Source: Eledone cirrhosa | Taxonomy: Eukaryota | Assembly (NCBI GenBank): GCA_964016885.1 | Contig: OZ024743.1 | Location: forward strand, 273,358,001-273,422,000 | Reading direction: 5' to 3' | DNA: 64,000 nt | In this document: positions 44,467 to 56,902 of the stretch, one piece after another | How positions within the stretch are numbered: position 1 is the first letter of the stretch | Layout of the letters: every line of letters begins with the position of its first letter | Made by a program: the position numbers and the translations under genes | The notes under the pieces: model-generated | What the model was told of the DNA's origin: nothing | The model's input: only the letters and a program-made list of their open reading frames with translations | Databases searched by the model: none

Positions 44467-47400
44467 TGAATTAGTTTTGCGAGGTTTTTTATATGAAATC
44501 GTGTGTCGAAACAGATATTGTTATATTTGGGGAGGGTCATATTTGCGTAATATTGCCAGAATTAATAACAGAACACACTCACTGTTTGGTTGGTTTTCGC
44601 TTCTCGCTGTCTTTTATATATATATATCTGCGATCTAACTTACTCGGTCCTCAATGTTGCCATTGACTGACCGGCGGTCAAAAATAATACAGATACAATA
44701 TAGACAAACACATATATATATAGTTTACATAAATCTTTCGTTGCACATCTGCAACATCGTCAGTGGTGTTATATTCATTGTTCCTCCTGTTGTGTTGTAT
44801 GTCTACGCCATTTTTTTTTTTTTTTGTTCAGTCTGTCTATATATTTATTTATTTATTTGCTTGTTTGTTTATCTTATTTTATTTTGTCTTCTTTGCGCAT
44901 GCGTTTGCGTGTGTGTATAGTGTTATGTGTGACTAGTGTGTATAGTGTTGTGTCTGCTGGGTGACTAGTGTGTGTTTATGTGCTTGTGTATGTATTTATT
45001 TATCTCATTTTATTTAATTTAATTTACTTATTTATTTATACTTCTCTTAGGTCAGTGTTGTTTGTTTGGGTGTTGTTGTTGTTCCACTCATTCTTTCTGT
45101 TTAGCTTTGGTCTTCTAATTTCTATTTCACTGGCCTCTCTGATTTGCCTATCTGCTGGGTCATTCCTATGTTTAGATATTATTCTAATTTCTATGTTGTC
45201 TATGTTACCGTCATGATGTTGTCTAGCATGTTCGTATAGTACTGACCCGTTTTTTCGTCCTTTTAGTTCCCCCCAGTGTTGGTCTATCCTTTCACCTATG
45301 CTACGAGCTGTCTCACCTATGTATGTTGTTGTCGTGTTTCTGCAAGTACCCTCTGTACATCTTATGCTATAGACTACGTTTCTAGTTTTACAGTTTATCC
45401 GGGGGTTCACCTTACATATGATACATTTCCTATTGGTACAGTGGGTTTTCTTAAAAGGGTAGGTTTTGCTGATCAGGGATTTTATGGTGGTTCCTGGCTT
45501 TTCTACCACCTTTATTTTTAAGTGGGTCTTTCTCAGGGCCTTTCTACACTGGTTAGCTAATTTCCCTCCAGGGGTGGCGTCCACAAACATGACACTCTGA
45601 TATTTCTGGTTGTCGTACCATGATGTGGCCTTCCCTATCTTATGTCTAGCCCTATCTAAGCTATTCCATGATTTGCTCCTGTATAGTGGGCAAATTCCTT
45701 TCATGTCCAGTTCTATGAGGGTCTTATACTTTTCCATGGCTCCTTCGTATACTCTGACTCTGTCTCTTTGGTTGTAGCCAGAGAACTGCATGCGGTTGAT
45801 GAAGTGTTGGATGTGTCCTTCCATTTCTGTTGGGTCGCACATGCTGGACACATTCTTCATCACTCGTACCAAATCTGCGATCAGAATATTAAACTTAGCA
45901 CTACTGGACATTGCTGAGTTTTTGAGTATCAGGTATTTGGAGGCCATGGGTTTAGCATAGTGTGAGTGGAGAATTTGGGCTCTCTCGTCTATAGTGTTAA
46001 TCCAGAGTTCTGTGTCTAATACAGGTAGTCTATTGTTAGGGTGTTTGGAAGGGAAGTCTATAGTTACAGTTATACTCTGGTGTATGGAATTAGCTATCTG
46101 CTGGATGCTTTCCATCGTGCTACGTTCTAAATCAAACTTGTTAGTGCTCTCTAGTGGGGGTGTTCTTATAACTATATTGATATCGTCTACATAACGAGAG
46201 TACATGATGAGGTCTATGGAGCTTTCATTAAGGAGATCTTTAAGTCTCCTTTCCCACCATACCATGAAAAGGTTGGCAACATCGCCAGCTATGCTGACGC
46301 CGATGGCTGCTCCCTCATTTTGGGTGTAGATTTTCTCATTGAACTTAAATATGTGGCCCTTTAGGGTAGTTTTGATACTAGCCCCTATTGCATGTGCGAC
46401 CATTTTTCTTACCTGATCAGTGTTTTGGGGGGTCCGTATAGCTTTGGTCCACCCAATCCACCTTCCTATGGGAGTCTTTTTAGCCATTGAGGTTATGGTG
46501 GGGGGTCTACCTCTTATAGGTCTACTAGGGCAGAAACATCTAAGGTCATGGCTGTCTAGGTAGTCAGTGTCGTAGGTAAGTCTAAGTAGGAGGCCCAGTT
46601 CGTCTGTGTCGACGTCGCAGAACTCCACCTCACTCTCAATGATCATCTCCACACATCTTTTCACAGCAAAATCAATGTTAATGGATGGGTACAGTGACAC
46701 CACACCCATGCTGCCTATTATGCAGTTGGATAGGCTCCTGTTTTTGTTGCACTCACTGATTCTGCTGAGGAGGTCCTCTGTACTTTCACATACATCTGGG
46801 GACATCTTGATTATGGGGCGTATAACCATTGAGAGGAAGTAGGAGATCCTGTAGTTGCTAGCTATATTAGCTCCGCATACAGGTCTTGTTGGTGGTCCTA
46901 TTGTCGGGTCGTCGACTGTCTTGTGGTCTTTGCGGAGCCCATACAAGGGTGGTATGCCATTGTTAGACGCCTGGAAGTTGTTGGCAGTGCGTCTGCTTGG
47001 CTTTAGGATGTCAGTCCACATCATCATGTGAGCGTTGAGGATTTTTTCTCTCCCATCGTGTGTTAGTTGTGCAACTTCGCTCGTGTTGGTGATGTGGGGT
47101 TGCATTGCCTCGATGTAGTTCGGCATGCTATCTATTGACATCCTACCAGACTTATCTGTGGGTAGACACACTACCTCACCATCCCTTGTGCGCTGCTTGA
47201 GGCTAACCAAGCCTTCTACAGGTTTTATCCCAAGTTGTTGGGCCTCTGGTCTGCTCTGTCTCATAGTGTACCTGTCTACTACTTGTCTAATCTTATTTCT
47301 AGCTATGGTGAACTGTGCCTCCGTCTCGTCATCTATTTGTTGTGGTATGCAAACTCTTTTATTAAAGGGTAACCTCGTAGGATAGATATTACCCATCTTA

Positions 47401-48407
47401 TATGTTTTGTCAGCTGGGTTGAAAAATAGTTTCTCTAAGGGGTTGTCGTTATTTCTATCGTCATAGTTGTGTGTGTTGCTATTATTGTTATCATGGTGGT
47501 TGTTGTTGTTTCTATCCTTAGCATTAATATTATTATTGTTATGATTGCTAGATGTATTGTTGTTTACTTCACCGTTATTGTTGTTGTTGTTACTGCTATT
47601 TCTACCATTGTGGTTGTTACTATTATTATGTTTCTTGTTTTTGTTGATGGGAACTAAAAGGACGAAAAAACGGGTCAGTACTATACGAACATGCTAGACA
47701 ACATCATGACGGTAACATAGACAACATAGAAATTAGAATAATATCTAAACATAGGAATGACCCAGCAGATAGGCAAATCAGAGAGGCCAGTGAAATAGAA
47801 ATTAGAAGACCAAAGCTAAACAGAAAGAATGAGTGGAACAACAACAACACCCAAACAAACAACACTGACCTAAGAGAAGTATAAATAAATAAGTAAATTA
47901 AATTAAATAAAATGAGATAAATAAATACATACACAAGCACATAAACACACACTAGTCACCCAGCAGACACAACACTATACACACTAGTCACACATAACAC
48001 TATACACACACGCAAACGCATGCGCAAAGAAGACAAAATAAAATAAGATAAACAAACAAGCAAATAAATAAATAAATATATAGACAGACTGAACAAAAAA
48101 AAAAAAAAAAATGGCGTAGACATACAACACAACAGGAGGAACAATGAATATAACACCACTGACGATGTTGCAGATGTGCAACGAAAGATTTATGTAAACT
48201 ATATATATATGTGTTTGTCTATATTGTATCTGTATTATTTTTGACCGCCGGTCAGTCAATGGCAACATTGAGGACCGAGTAAGTTAGATCGCAGATATAT
48301 ATATATAAAAGACAGCGAGAAGCGAAAACCAACCAAACAGTGAGTGTGTTCTGTTATTAATTCTGGCAATATTACGCAAATATGACCCTCCCCAAATATA
48401 ACAATAT
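44467..48407 (-). mobile_element. Young 5'-truncated Penelope-like element with inverted upstream pseudo-LTR
   Basis: 44515-45271 and 47649-48407 are near-identical inverted repeats covering the GIY-YIG end and 3' UTR; HHR-like core at 44727-44770 (-) and 48153-48195 (+); the outer ends lie at (CA)/(TA) tracts. Confidence 0.92.
45036..47396 (-). CDS. PLE polyprotein (RT + Zn linker + GIY-YIG; Neptune-like), 5'-truncated; frame stays open through an Asn-rich stretch to the junction at ~47648
   Basis: PTDKSG, PPLYGLRKDHK, TRPVCGA, SMGVVSLYPSI, GAAIG, SRYVDD, LPVLD, CTNRKCIIC..C, VVYSIRC..C..YIGETARSIGERIDQH, RQIREA, LNRKNEW. Confidence 0.9.
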   Translation of the reverse strand: MGNIYPTRLPFNKRVCIPQQIDDETEAQFTIARNKIRQVVDRYTMRQSRPEAQQLGIKPVEGLVSLKQRTRDGEVVCLPTDKSGRMSIDSMPNYIEAMQPHITNTSEVAQLTHDGREKILNAHMMMWTDILKPSRRTANNFQASNNGIPPLYGLRKDHKTVDDPTIGPPTRPVCGANIASNYRISYFLSMVIRPIIKMSPDVCESTEDLLSRISECNKNRSLSNCIIGSMGVVSLYPSINIDFAVKRCVEMIIESEVEFCDVDTDELGLLLRLTYDTDYLDSHDLRCFCPSRPIRGRPPTITSMAKKTPIGRWIGWTKAIRTPQNTDQVRKMVAHAIGASIKTTLKGHIFKFNEKIYTQNEGAAIGVSIAGDVANLFMVWWERRLKDLLNESSIDLIMYSRYVDDINIVIRTPPLESTNKFDLERSTMESIQQIANSIHQSITVTIDFPSKHPNNRLPVLDTELWINTIDERAQILHSHYAKPMASKYLILKNSAMSSSAKFNILIADLVRVMKNVSSMCDPTEMEGHIQHFINRMQFSGYNQRDRVRVYEGAMEKYKTLIELDMKGICPLYRSKSWNSLDRARHKIGKATSWYDNQKYQSVMFVDATPGGKLANQCRKALRKTHLKIKVVEKPGTTIKSLISKTYPFKKTHCTNRKCIICKVNPRINCKTRNVVYSIRCTEGTCRNTTTTYIGETARSIGERIDQHWGELKGRKNGSVLYEHARQHHDGNIDNIEIRIISKHRNDPADRQIREASEIEIRRPKLNRKNEWNNNNTQTNNTDLREV

Positions 48408-48434
48408 ATAAATATATATATATATATATGTATA

Positions 48435-49316
48435 TCTATACTATGCAGCTGACGGCCGTATGTAAGTAACAAAATCCCGCCAAACGGCTGGACCAAACTA
48501 CACCAAATTTGCACCACAGATGTAACTTTTTACAAGTAAAGAGTGAGGGTATTTTTGTGTACTGAATTTTGTTAAAAGATTAGAGACGTTATTTAAATAT
48601 TCACTTCTTTAAAATTTCAAATGTCAACACTTCCAGTTTTACGTCATTCCTCACTTTTTCGTATGACGTCGCCTCTTTCTCTTAGTCTGCCTTTTTAGAT
48701 AGATACATAGCTATAACGTAGCGTCCTTATAATATGTCTCTGTATGACTGACTGTCTGTATTAGATAACGTTTTTCGAAATATTTACTTCTGCGTTCACA
48801 GACGGATATTTTAAACTTCAGAAGATCCCGTTAAGTGTGAAAGCAGCGATTCTTTGTTTAAACTTTAATCTGTTATTTTAATATATGTATTCGTGTACAG
48901 ATAATTTGGCATACACAAAAACAAAGACCTATTTATTTCACGAAAGCACAGACGGCTTATCGTCAGTGTTACTGTTCGAGGACCACAGTCTTTCCAAGAT
49001 CTGAGAACCATCAATGGCCATCAATGTTCCACTTACCTTTTGGCTTGCCAGATGCGTGGTATGTTACACGATGACAGCCATTGGCACCTCACCCTGTAAG
49101 AAGCAGCAACTGCTAAAGTCCCTTCTCAGCTGTGAAAACTTTTTGCTATTATGCAAACCCAACGTCAGAGTACGTTGCCCCCCCCCCCCCACACACACAC
49201 ACACTCTCGCTGACTTGAGAGGGCGTGCGGTATCTTTGCACTGGAGTGTAGGGGGGATTCCTGAAAAGATAGAATGCCGGTATACCTAGCCGGGCACCAG
49301 TCTGACGGGCCAGTAG
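48435..49316 (+). mobile_element. Possible non-autonomous Helitron-like element (related fragment ~55890-56345)
   Basis: Starts A|TCTATACTA..aaacggctggacc; GC-rich subterminal ccgg..ccgg hairpin and GTAG|T end; internal ttcagaagatcc.gttaag..cagcgattctttg..aaactttaatc recurs at ~56297. Confidence 0.4.
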
Positions 49317-49340
49317 TATATATATATATATTTGTATGTA

Positions 49341-49393
<53 letters not shown>

Positions 49394-49762
49394 CTATATC
49401 TATATCTATATATATGTATATGTATATAGGCTTAGTTGTTCGAATATTCAGATGGTAAATATAAGTAGTTCCATTAAAGTTAAGGGTCCAGCTTTGTCGT
49501 AAATTGTGTGACACTGAATCTCCTTGAGAACTGCGTTAAAAGTACATACGTTTGTGGAATGCTCAGCAAGTTACACGTAAATTTCACTATCAAATTATTC
49601 TATAATCAACTGGATCGTTCATCCTCTGAAACTACAGAGGTCCAACAATAACAAAACACACACATACGCATACACACACACACGCACACATGCACACGTA
49701 CACACGCACACATGCATACATACACACGCGCACCCACATACATACACACACATATATATATA

Positions 49763-49803
<41 letters not shown>

Positions 49804-50489
49804 AAATCAGGTAGTAACATGTGCTTACGCCGCATTTGTATTGAGGTACATGGCGTTTTTTCAGAGGGCTTTTTAAAATCCCAGCTAATCCACTGATTCT
49901 ATTTAGTCAAATACGGCATAAGCACATGTTACTACCTAATTTTCAAATTCGTTAGCCGTTTGTAAACAAAGCCTGCTTTGTGTCTCTCTATTTATATGCA
50001 CAAAAATATATATTTATACATGCATATGTATCCGTCGGGGTTACCTTTCTTTTCATGCGTACATGTTCAATGAGGTTACGTAACATGATTGCACTGGGAT
50101 CAATTCAATCAACGTTTCCCTCATAAAATTACTGGATTTGTGCCTGAACCAGAACCATTTTTTTTTTTATTGTTGGTGATATTTAAACAGTTTATGAATG
50201 TAGCACACAACATGTGTATTCATTCTTTCAAAGGATCCTGAGATATGCTAACATATTTGGATTCAGTTATCACCATTTCAAAACAGTATGTTTAAATAAA
50301 ATATTCAGTATTCGGAAATAAATAACAGATGCACAAAACAACATGATGCAGAAATTCAAAGGCAAGCATATATATTTATTAGATAGAAAACGTTTTAAAC
50401 AGAGGAGCTTGAACTGAATGTACGTGGTTGCCAAACGAGCTACTTAACCATACAGGCTTATATATAAGTATATGAATTTTTTTGGGGGT

Positions 50490-51395
50490 GGGTGGGAGTT
50501 GATTAAGATATAACCACAAATTGAACTGAGGGTGGGAGAAAAAGAGATGAGAAATGAGAGGGTTATAGAGAGAGAGAGAAGGGAAGGGGAGGATAGGAGA
50601 AAAATGGGGACTAAAACGATGGGGAAAGACGGAGAGATGGATAGAAAGATGGAGAGATTAGTTTAACAAGAACAAGTAACTTAGCGATATCTGAATCGTT
50701 ATGTTTTATACATAACAAGAACCAGGTCAGGCTCTACACCAAACGGATAGGGTGCAAGAGACAGGTAACTTTTTATATCTTTATTTTCTACCCCTGTTTT
50801 GTCTCTTCCTCACGCTATCGATTATTGTTTCTTTCGTTTTCACCTTCACTTGTTTTTGTTTATTGTCATTGTTACTTCCGCTTACTGCTGCTACCGTTTC
50901 CGTTCGATAGCAAACAGACTCCAACTTCTTTTCTACCGCCATTGGCATCCTGCAACTTTGCAACTGCTGCTACAGTTATTTCCGTTTACTGTTGTGGTTG
51001 CTCCCTTTCGAACAACAAACGGCCTTTTTTCGCCGATCGCGGTTTGAAGCGGACGTCCCCTATTGCTCTCTCATTCCTCTTTTCTAGCGTTTGAACAACA
51101 GGAATTTGTTTCCTGTTTCGCGGTCAATACTTCTAGTCATATTCTAGATGTAATACTTCCCACACTCACTATATTGCAATATTATATTGCAAATTATTGA
51201 TGGAAGCTGACCATTCAGATAACGCTAAGTTCCTTGTTCTTGTTAATCTTTCTATCCATTTCTCCGTCTTTCTCCGCCGTTTAAGTCCCCACTTTTCTCC
51301 CCCCCACCCTCTCTCTCTCAATAACCCTCTCATTCCTTATATCTCTTTCTCCCTATCTCTCCCACTCTCGTTTCGATTTGTGGCTATATCTTAAC
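50490..51395. mobile_element. Old element with ~200-bp diverged inverted repeats (50490-50700 / 51209-51395)
   Basis: ttaagatataaccacaaattgaa..aacaagaacaagtaacttagcgatatctgaat vs attcagataacgctaagttccttgttcttgtt..tcgatttgtggctatatcttaa. Confidence 0.6.
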
Positions 51396-51506
51396 CCCCC
51401 AACAAATCTTTTTACTATGCAAATAGTATCCAGCTGTCTACAGCTACCTTTCGCGCTGAGAATACTCACATTTTACTAATCGTTTCAAATGATTCCAATT
51501 TTTTTT

Positions 51507-51891
51507 CTGTGCTACGCCATCTTGTTTTTTTTTTGTTTTTTTTTTGTTTTTGTGTGTGTTGTGTTATACAACACACACAAAAGCAAGATGGCGTAGGACA
51601 GAACAAAGGAGAGGGACAAAAACAAAGAAAATAATCCCCAGTCACTGAAGAGGTCATAGAATGTGTGACGAAAGAACTTTGACAATATATGAACAATCGT
51701 CTGGTTGTGGCACCACCAACCAACCGGAAATTTATAAATTCCTAAATTTATAAATGTAATTTATAATAAATTGAAGTGAAAGAAACTGGTGCGTGTGTTT
51801 CTTATTGGCAACATGACCCTCCCAAAGTATAACAATATCGGTTTCAACACACGTTTTCAGATAAAGAATCTTGCTAAACAAATTCAGAAAC

Positions 51892-51895
<4 letters not shown>
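51507..51895 (+). mobile_element. Diverged pLTR of a relative of the 44467-48407 PLE, with short 5' fold-back (51507-51600) and intact HHR (51641-51683)
   Basis: gtca-CTGAAGA-g-gtcata-gaatg-tgtgac-GAAA-gaac-TT-tgac; downstream atgaccctcccaaagtataacaatatc matches the family 3' end. Confidence 0.8.
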
Positions 51896-51938
<43 letters not shown>

Positions 51939-54900
51939 TTGTCTGTGTGTGTGTGTACGCGTGTGCGTGCGTGTGTGAATGTGTGTGTATGTGCGTGTGT
52001 ATGTGTGTGTGTGTGCATGTGTGTGTGGGGGGGGTGTATGTGTGTGTGTTTGTGTGTGTGTGTGTGTAAAAGGTAAACAGAAATAACGTTCGGGCGCTGG
52101 TCCTTCATCCGAAGAAAGAATGAGAAATAAGATAGATTGAGGGGACGGGCGAGTTGTAATTGGGAAAAAATGCCTTAGATATAAATAACAGGTTCATTCA
52201 TGTTGACATCTCTTGCAAAACTGTTGGGTCTGTCGTTTTGTGTATTATTTATTTTTTAGAAAAGTGGATGATGGAGCGCGTCTACTTCTGGAGGGGAAAC
52301 TATGTAGAAGCCCGTCAGGTGGTGTGCACTTGTAATTTAATGAGCCAATTTTATCGCACGCTCTGTCAGGGTGATTCTGCCTAAGAATTACCTTATGAAC
52401 ACATGTGCCTTTTGAATAATTAGTGTCTTACACATTTCTAATTCATAATTTATGTAGTTCATTTCACTCCGTCGAGACCGTTGGGAATCGATTCTTCTTT
52501 ATATACCAAGTAATATTCTAAGACTCACAATTCACAGACCACTCTGTAATGCAAAAGTGGGCATTTCTCGAGTACTCAAAACCCACTCAAACCAGAGTTC
52601 TTTTCACTTCACACATACATACTAACACACGTATTTATGTTTGAGCCTGTGTGTATGTATGTGTGTGTGTGAGTATGTGTGTGTGTGTGTATGTGAGGTG
52701 TGTGTGTGTATGAGGTGTCTGTGTGTGTGTGTCTGTCTGTTTGTGTGCATTTAGAGACTGAATCCAAATCACTAAGCCATCATTAAATTTATCTCTATCA
52801 CGTTCTTCTACGTATTATGTCTTGTGTAAGCAGAGGACGATAATATATTAAGTAGCTTGTACTTGACTGGTATCTTATCTTATTCAGGTCATACCTGACA
52901 GATGTTAAATTGAGTACGTAAATGGACATAAGTAAATAGCAAACTTATTGGCCATCCTTCTACCGGTTCCATCTACAGCCTCTATATTTCAGAAAACTTT
53001 TCCGAGAAAGTCACATAATACCAATGCATAACTGTAATTTAGCTTGATCGTTGGAATCTCGTAATATTAACGGTATTCAAGAAAGAAAATTAAACGTCAC
53101 TAAACGTCCTAAATTGATTTTTTTTCTTTTGTAAAGCATAGAATAAATCATTTCATCTGTTTCCTCAATTATCTTTATACAACAAGCTTCTACATGGGTT
53201 ACACCCTGTTATATACTGCGTTAGGAAATGACGTCTTCTTTACATCTACCGGGGCTGTGGGGCGGCCAGCACGTAATGTTTCGTTTTTTAAATGTTTGGA
53301 TTAATCATTTAAACCAATATTCATTGAGGTGTCTGTAAGGGAAATGTGATGATACTTTAATGTCTCTACAAAAATGTTGCTGTGATAGTTCTTATGTTGG
53401 TTTCGATCGTAATCATTTAGATGTATCATCATGTGGACTTTAACGTTGGAAATGAACTCGTAATTAGTTGTAAGTAGTTGAATATTATCTACATACGTTT
53501 ACCAGCTATTAACATACTATTTAAATTAGTGTGCCACATTAGTGAAGTACACGTTCAATGCTTTCGACATGAATCTACAAAGATTACATCGCCCACTACC
53601 CCAATTGCAGTAATAGGCTTTGGTCGAGTACGTCTTCTTACATGAGATTAATGCCCGATTTAATATAATTCTACATCATAGATCGATCAACTGAAAGACC
53701 GCCCTATGCATTGATATTAATTTACTTCATAATTATATTGAACTTAGGATGATATTAATTAATTCTTTGATTCTCTCTATAAAACTATACGTTATGGTTC
53801 ACAAAACTCTCTTCATGACATTGTAAGTTAGTTTGATTACAAATCGATCCTTAATAAATTTATGAAGAATCGAAGCCTCTCGCAGTATTTGTAGAGTGGA
53901 CAAGATTTGCAGTATAGAGTTATGACCGATTACGTTCAAATCCCGGTCAGGTTAGCTTTTCATCCTTACTCGGTCGATATATTAAAGCAACAGTTACACA
54001 TTGGGGTCGATTTACCAGACTTTCCCCTTCCTGACAAATTGCTGGCTATTGCCAAATGTAGAAATATTTATTAATATTTCGTCTCCATATCAACTATGAC
54101 AATTTCACAAAATCTTAAAAGTGAATTTGAAAATCTGCGGTTCTTGTAATCAAAAGTTTGAAAATAAAAATGGCAGAATTTGCAATAGCTTTGACGGAAA
54201 GCCTTCTTATAAGAATCGTAGCTATTGATGAAAAAGGATTTTAGTGGATTGGCTGAATCGTCAGAGCGTCAATCAAAATACACCTTGGTATTTTTTCGAG
54301 CACGTTAAAGTCTGAGTCCAGTTATCACCGATGCCAAAACTGTTTTTCATTCTTCCAATAATGTACTACTCGAGTACTATATCGTTTAATCAACTAATCA
54401 CACTCTAACCTCACCAAATATCTATGTGAACTTCATCTCTCTGGGCACAGACGTCTAGTATTGAAAACTGTGAATTTATTTTTTTTGTTTCAAACTGTAT
54501 TACTGTAAAAGGTATATAGCCCAGCACGAAGAGTATTAACTGCCAGGAAGTTTGGATTAAATGTAACTCATCTCATATACAATACATGTATGTACTTATT
54601 CAAGAAACATTGTATTAATATGGAAAATGTATTTAAGACATTTTGGTCTTCGAATACCAATGAAGCATATGGTTAGCACTTACTGATCCATTTATTCTTT
54701 ATTTATTACACACAGTCCATTGCATATTTTGAAATATATGCTATGCTTATTTCAACCGCATTGGAAATCATATTTATTTTTTAGATGTTTCGGAAAAACA
54801 AATGTATTTCAATGTTTTCCAGATTCATACATTTAATGGAATTCCTCAAGTGAATCATAGTATGAGCATATTATCTGAGGAAAGGATATTATTTAAATTT

Positions 54901-55081
54901 GGGTAAGGATTCAGTTTGTTATATGAACAAGGATGACAATCGACATAAGAGTAAATTATACGACTGCTATGGTGTTGCAAAATAAACAACGGTGGTGTGT
55001 CTTTAATTGATTGTATAGCTATGCAAGTAATATATATTCTTTCTGAACAACTTCCTTTAAGCTGCATACATCAGTATTTTA

Positions 55082-55138
<57 letters not shown>

Positions 55139-55562
55139 TGCAAATTCTGCTAAAAGTATTGCAATAGCTTGTCATATTATAGAGTTTGGTGCACGTTTAG
55201 TTTACGGCCAGCCACACAAACCTATAACATAGCCTGAACAACCAATGCCTGTGCTTTGAAGGTTCTTTTAAGAGGGGAAAGGCCATGCAGTCGACCAATC
55301 CCACTCTCTGAGCATCGAAAACACTACCCGAAATGAGAACTAGTCAACATCATCGGATGCTTCCGCATGCATACACACACGCATATATATATCGTGGTAC
55401 ATAGATACATTTATTTATTTTATATAGAAATTACATTTATAAGACTAGAACAATTTCATTCGAAAGAAATCACCAGCTGTGATGAGTACATACGAATAAG
55501 ACGGTGCTAGTCCCGCAAAGGTGATTTCTATAAAAAAAAAAAAATACGGAATATCATCCTTA

Positions 55563-55629
<67 letters not shown>

Positions 55630-56375
55630 AGTGGGTGTGTGTTTGTGCAAGTGTCTGTGTGAGTGGGTGTGCTTGTGTGTGTATATATATATATATGGGT
55701 GTAAAGGTAAAATTCCGTTAAAAATATACCATTACAATAAACTTTTGAGTAGAACGAAATTTTTTACAATCACCGCTTGATTTGTATCAGGCCATCACGT
55801 GCTACAGAATTTTTTGTCATGAATATTTTTTATATCCTACGAATTTCGGTCTAACAGAATTTCACTGTATATATAAGTATAACTATATATATACAATATA
55901 AAACTATAATAAAGGAAGGTCTGCGGGACTGCGTACGGTTTATTTTTTTTATCCCGTTAGTAAAATAATTTGGATTAATTTTTAATAAAAAATGAATGAA
56001 TATTACATAATTTATCTACTAAATTTCGTAAACAAACATAATTTCGTAAAAATATATAATTTAAAATGTACTTCTTTTCAAAGTTGCACTTCCGGTATAT
56101 CGTTGCCACCACCACCACTTCAACTACCAGATATATAGAAAGAGAGGGTGTGTGATGTCAACACTTCCGGTGGCGATCACTTAAATAAATATACTAATTT
56201 TCTGTCACTAATTTTCTCCTAATGCAGTTTATATATACTATCGTCTTTTTTTTAATGTATCATGGATTACGTTACTGATTACATAATAATAATAGTTTCA
56301 GAAGATCCTGTTAAGGACAGCGATTCTTTGCTGAAACTTTAATCATTTATATATATCATATATATATCTATATAA

Positions 56376-56451
<76 letters not shown>

Positions 56452-56457
<6 letters not shown>

Positions 56458-56670
56458 TTGCAAGGAGGTTTTTGATATGAAATCGAAATATTTTATATTT
56501 GTATTTTTAACCGCTGCTCAATCAATGATAAACATCGATTGCCAAATAAATTAACTATGGAGATATAAAAGATACAGAAGTGAAAACCAACCAAACAGTG
56601 ACTGTGTTCTGTTATTATTTCTACCAATATTATTACAACAATATGACCCGCACCAAGTATAACAATATAT
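56452..56670 (+). mobile_element. Short 3'-end fragment of the same PLE pLTR family between (TA)n tracts
   Basis: gaagtgaaaaccaaccaaacagtgactgtgttctgttatt..atatgacccgcaccaagtataacaatat, preceded by an inverted terminal piece. Confidence 0.7.
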
Positions 56671-56902
56671 ATATATATATATAATGTTATACACATTTGT
56701 TATAAATATCCAAGTGTTTAGAGCTCCCTGTCCATATGACGAATTAAGTATAAATGGTTACGCGAATGAAATGTGCAGGTACTTAAGTTTCGTTGGGCTT
56801 TTACCACAACTACTTCTACCTGTCATAAAACGTAAAATGGCTTCTCACCGGGGATATTATAGATAATATCGGAGAGTTCCAACGGAAGGTATATATATAT
56901 AT

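Noticed and set aside
44654-48268. Duplicated hydrophobic ORFs (44968/47704 and 44654/47984)
   Set aside because: Antisense readings of the A-rich PLE 3' UTR, duplicated by the inverted pLTR
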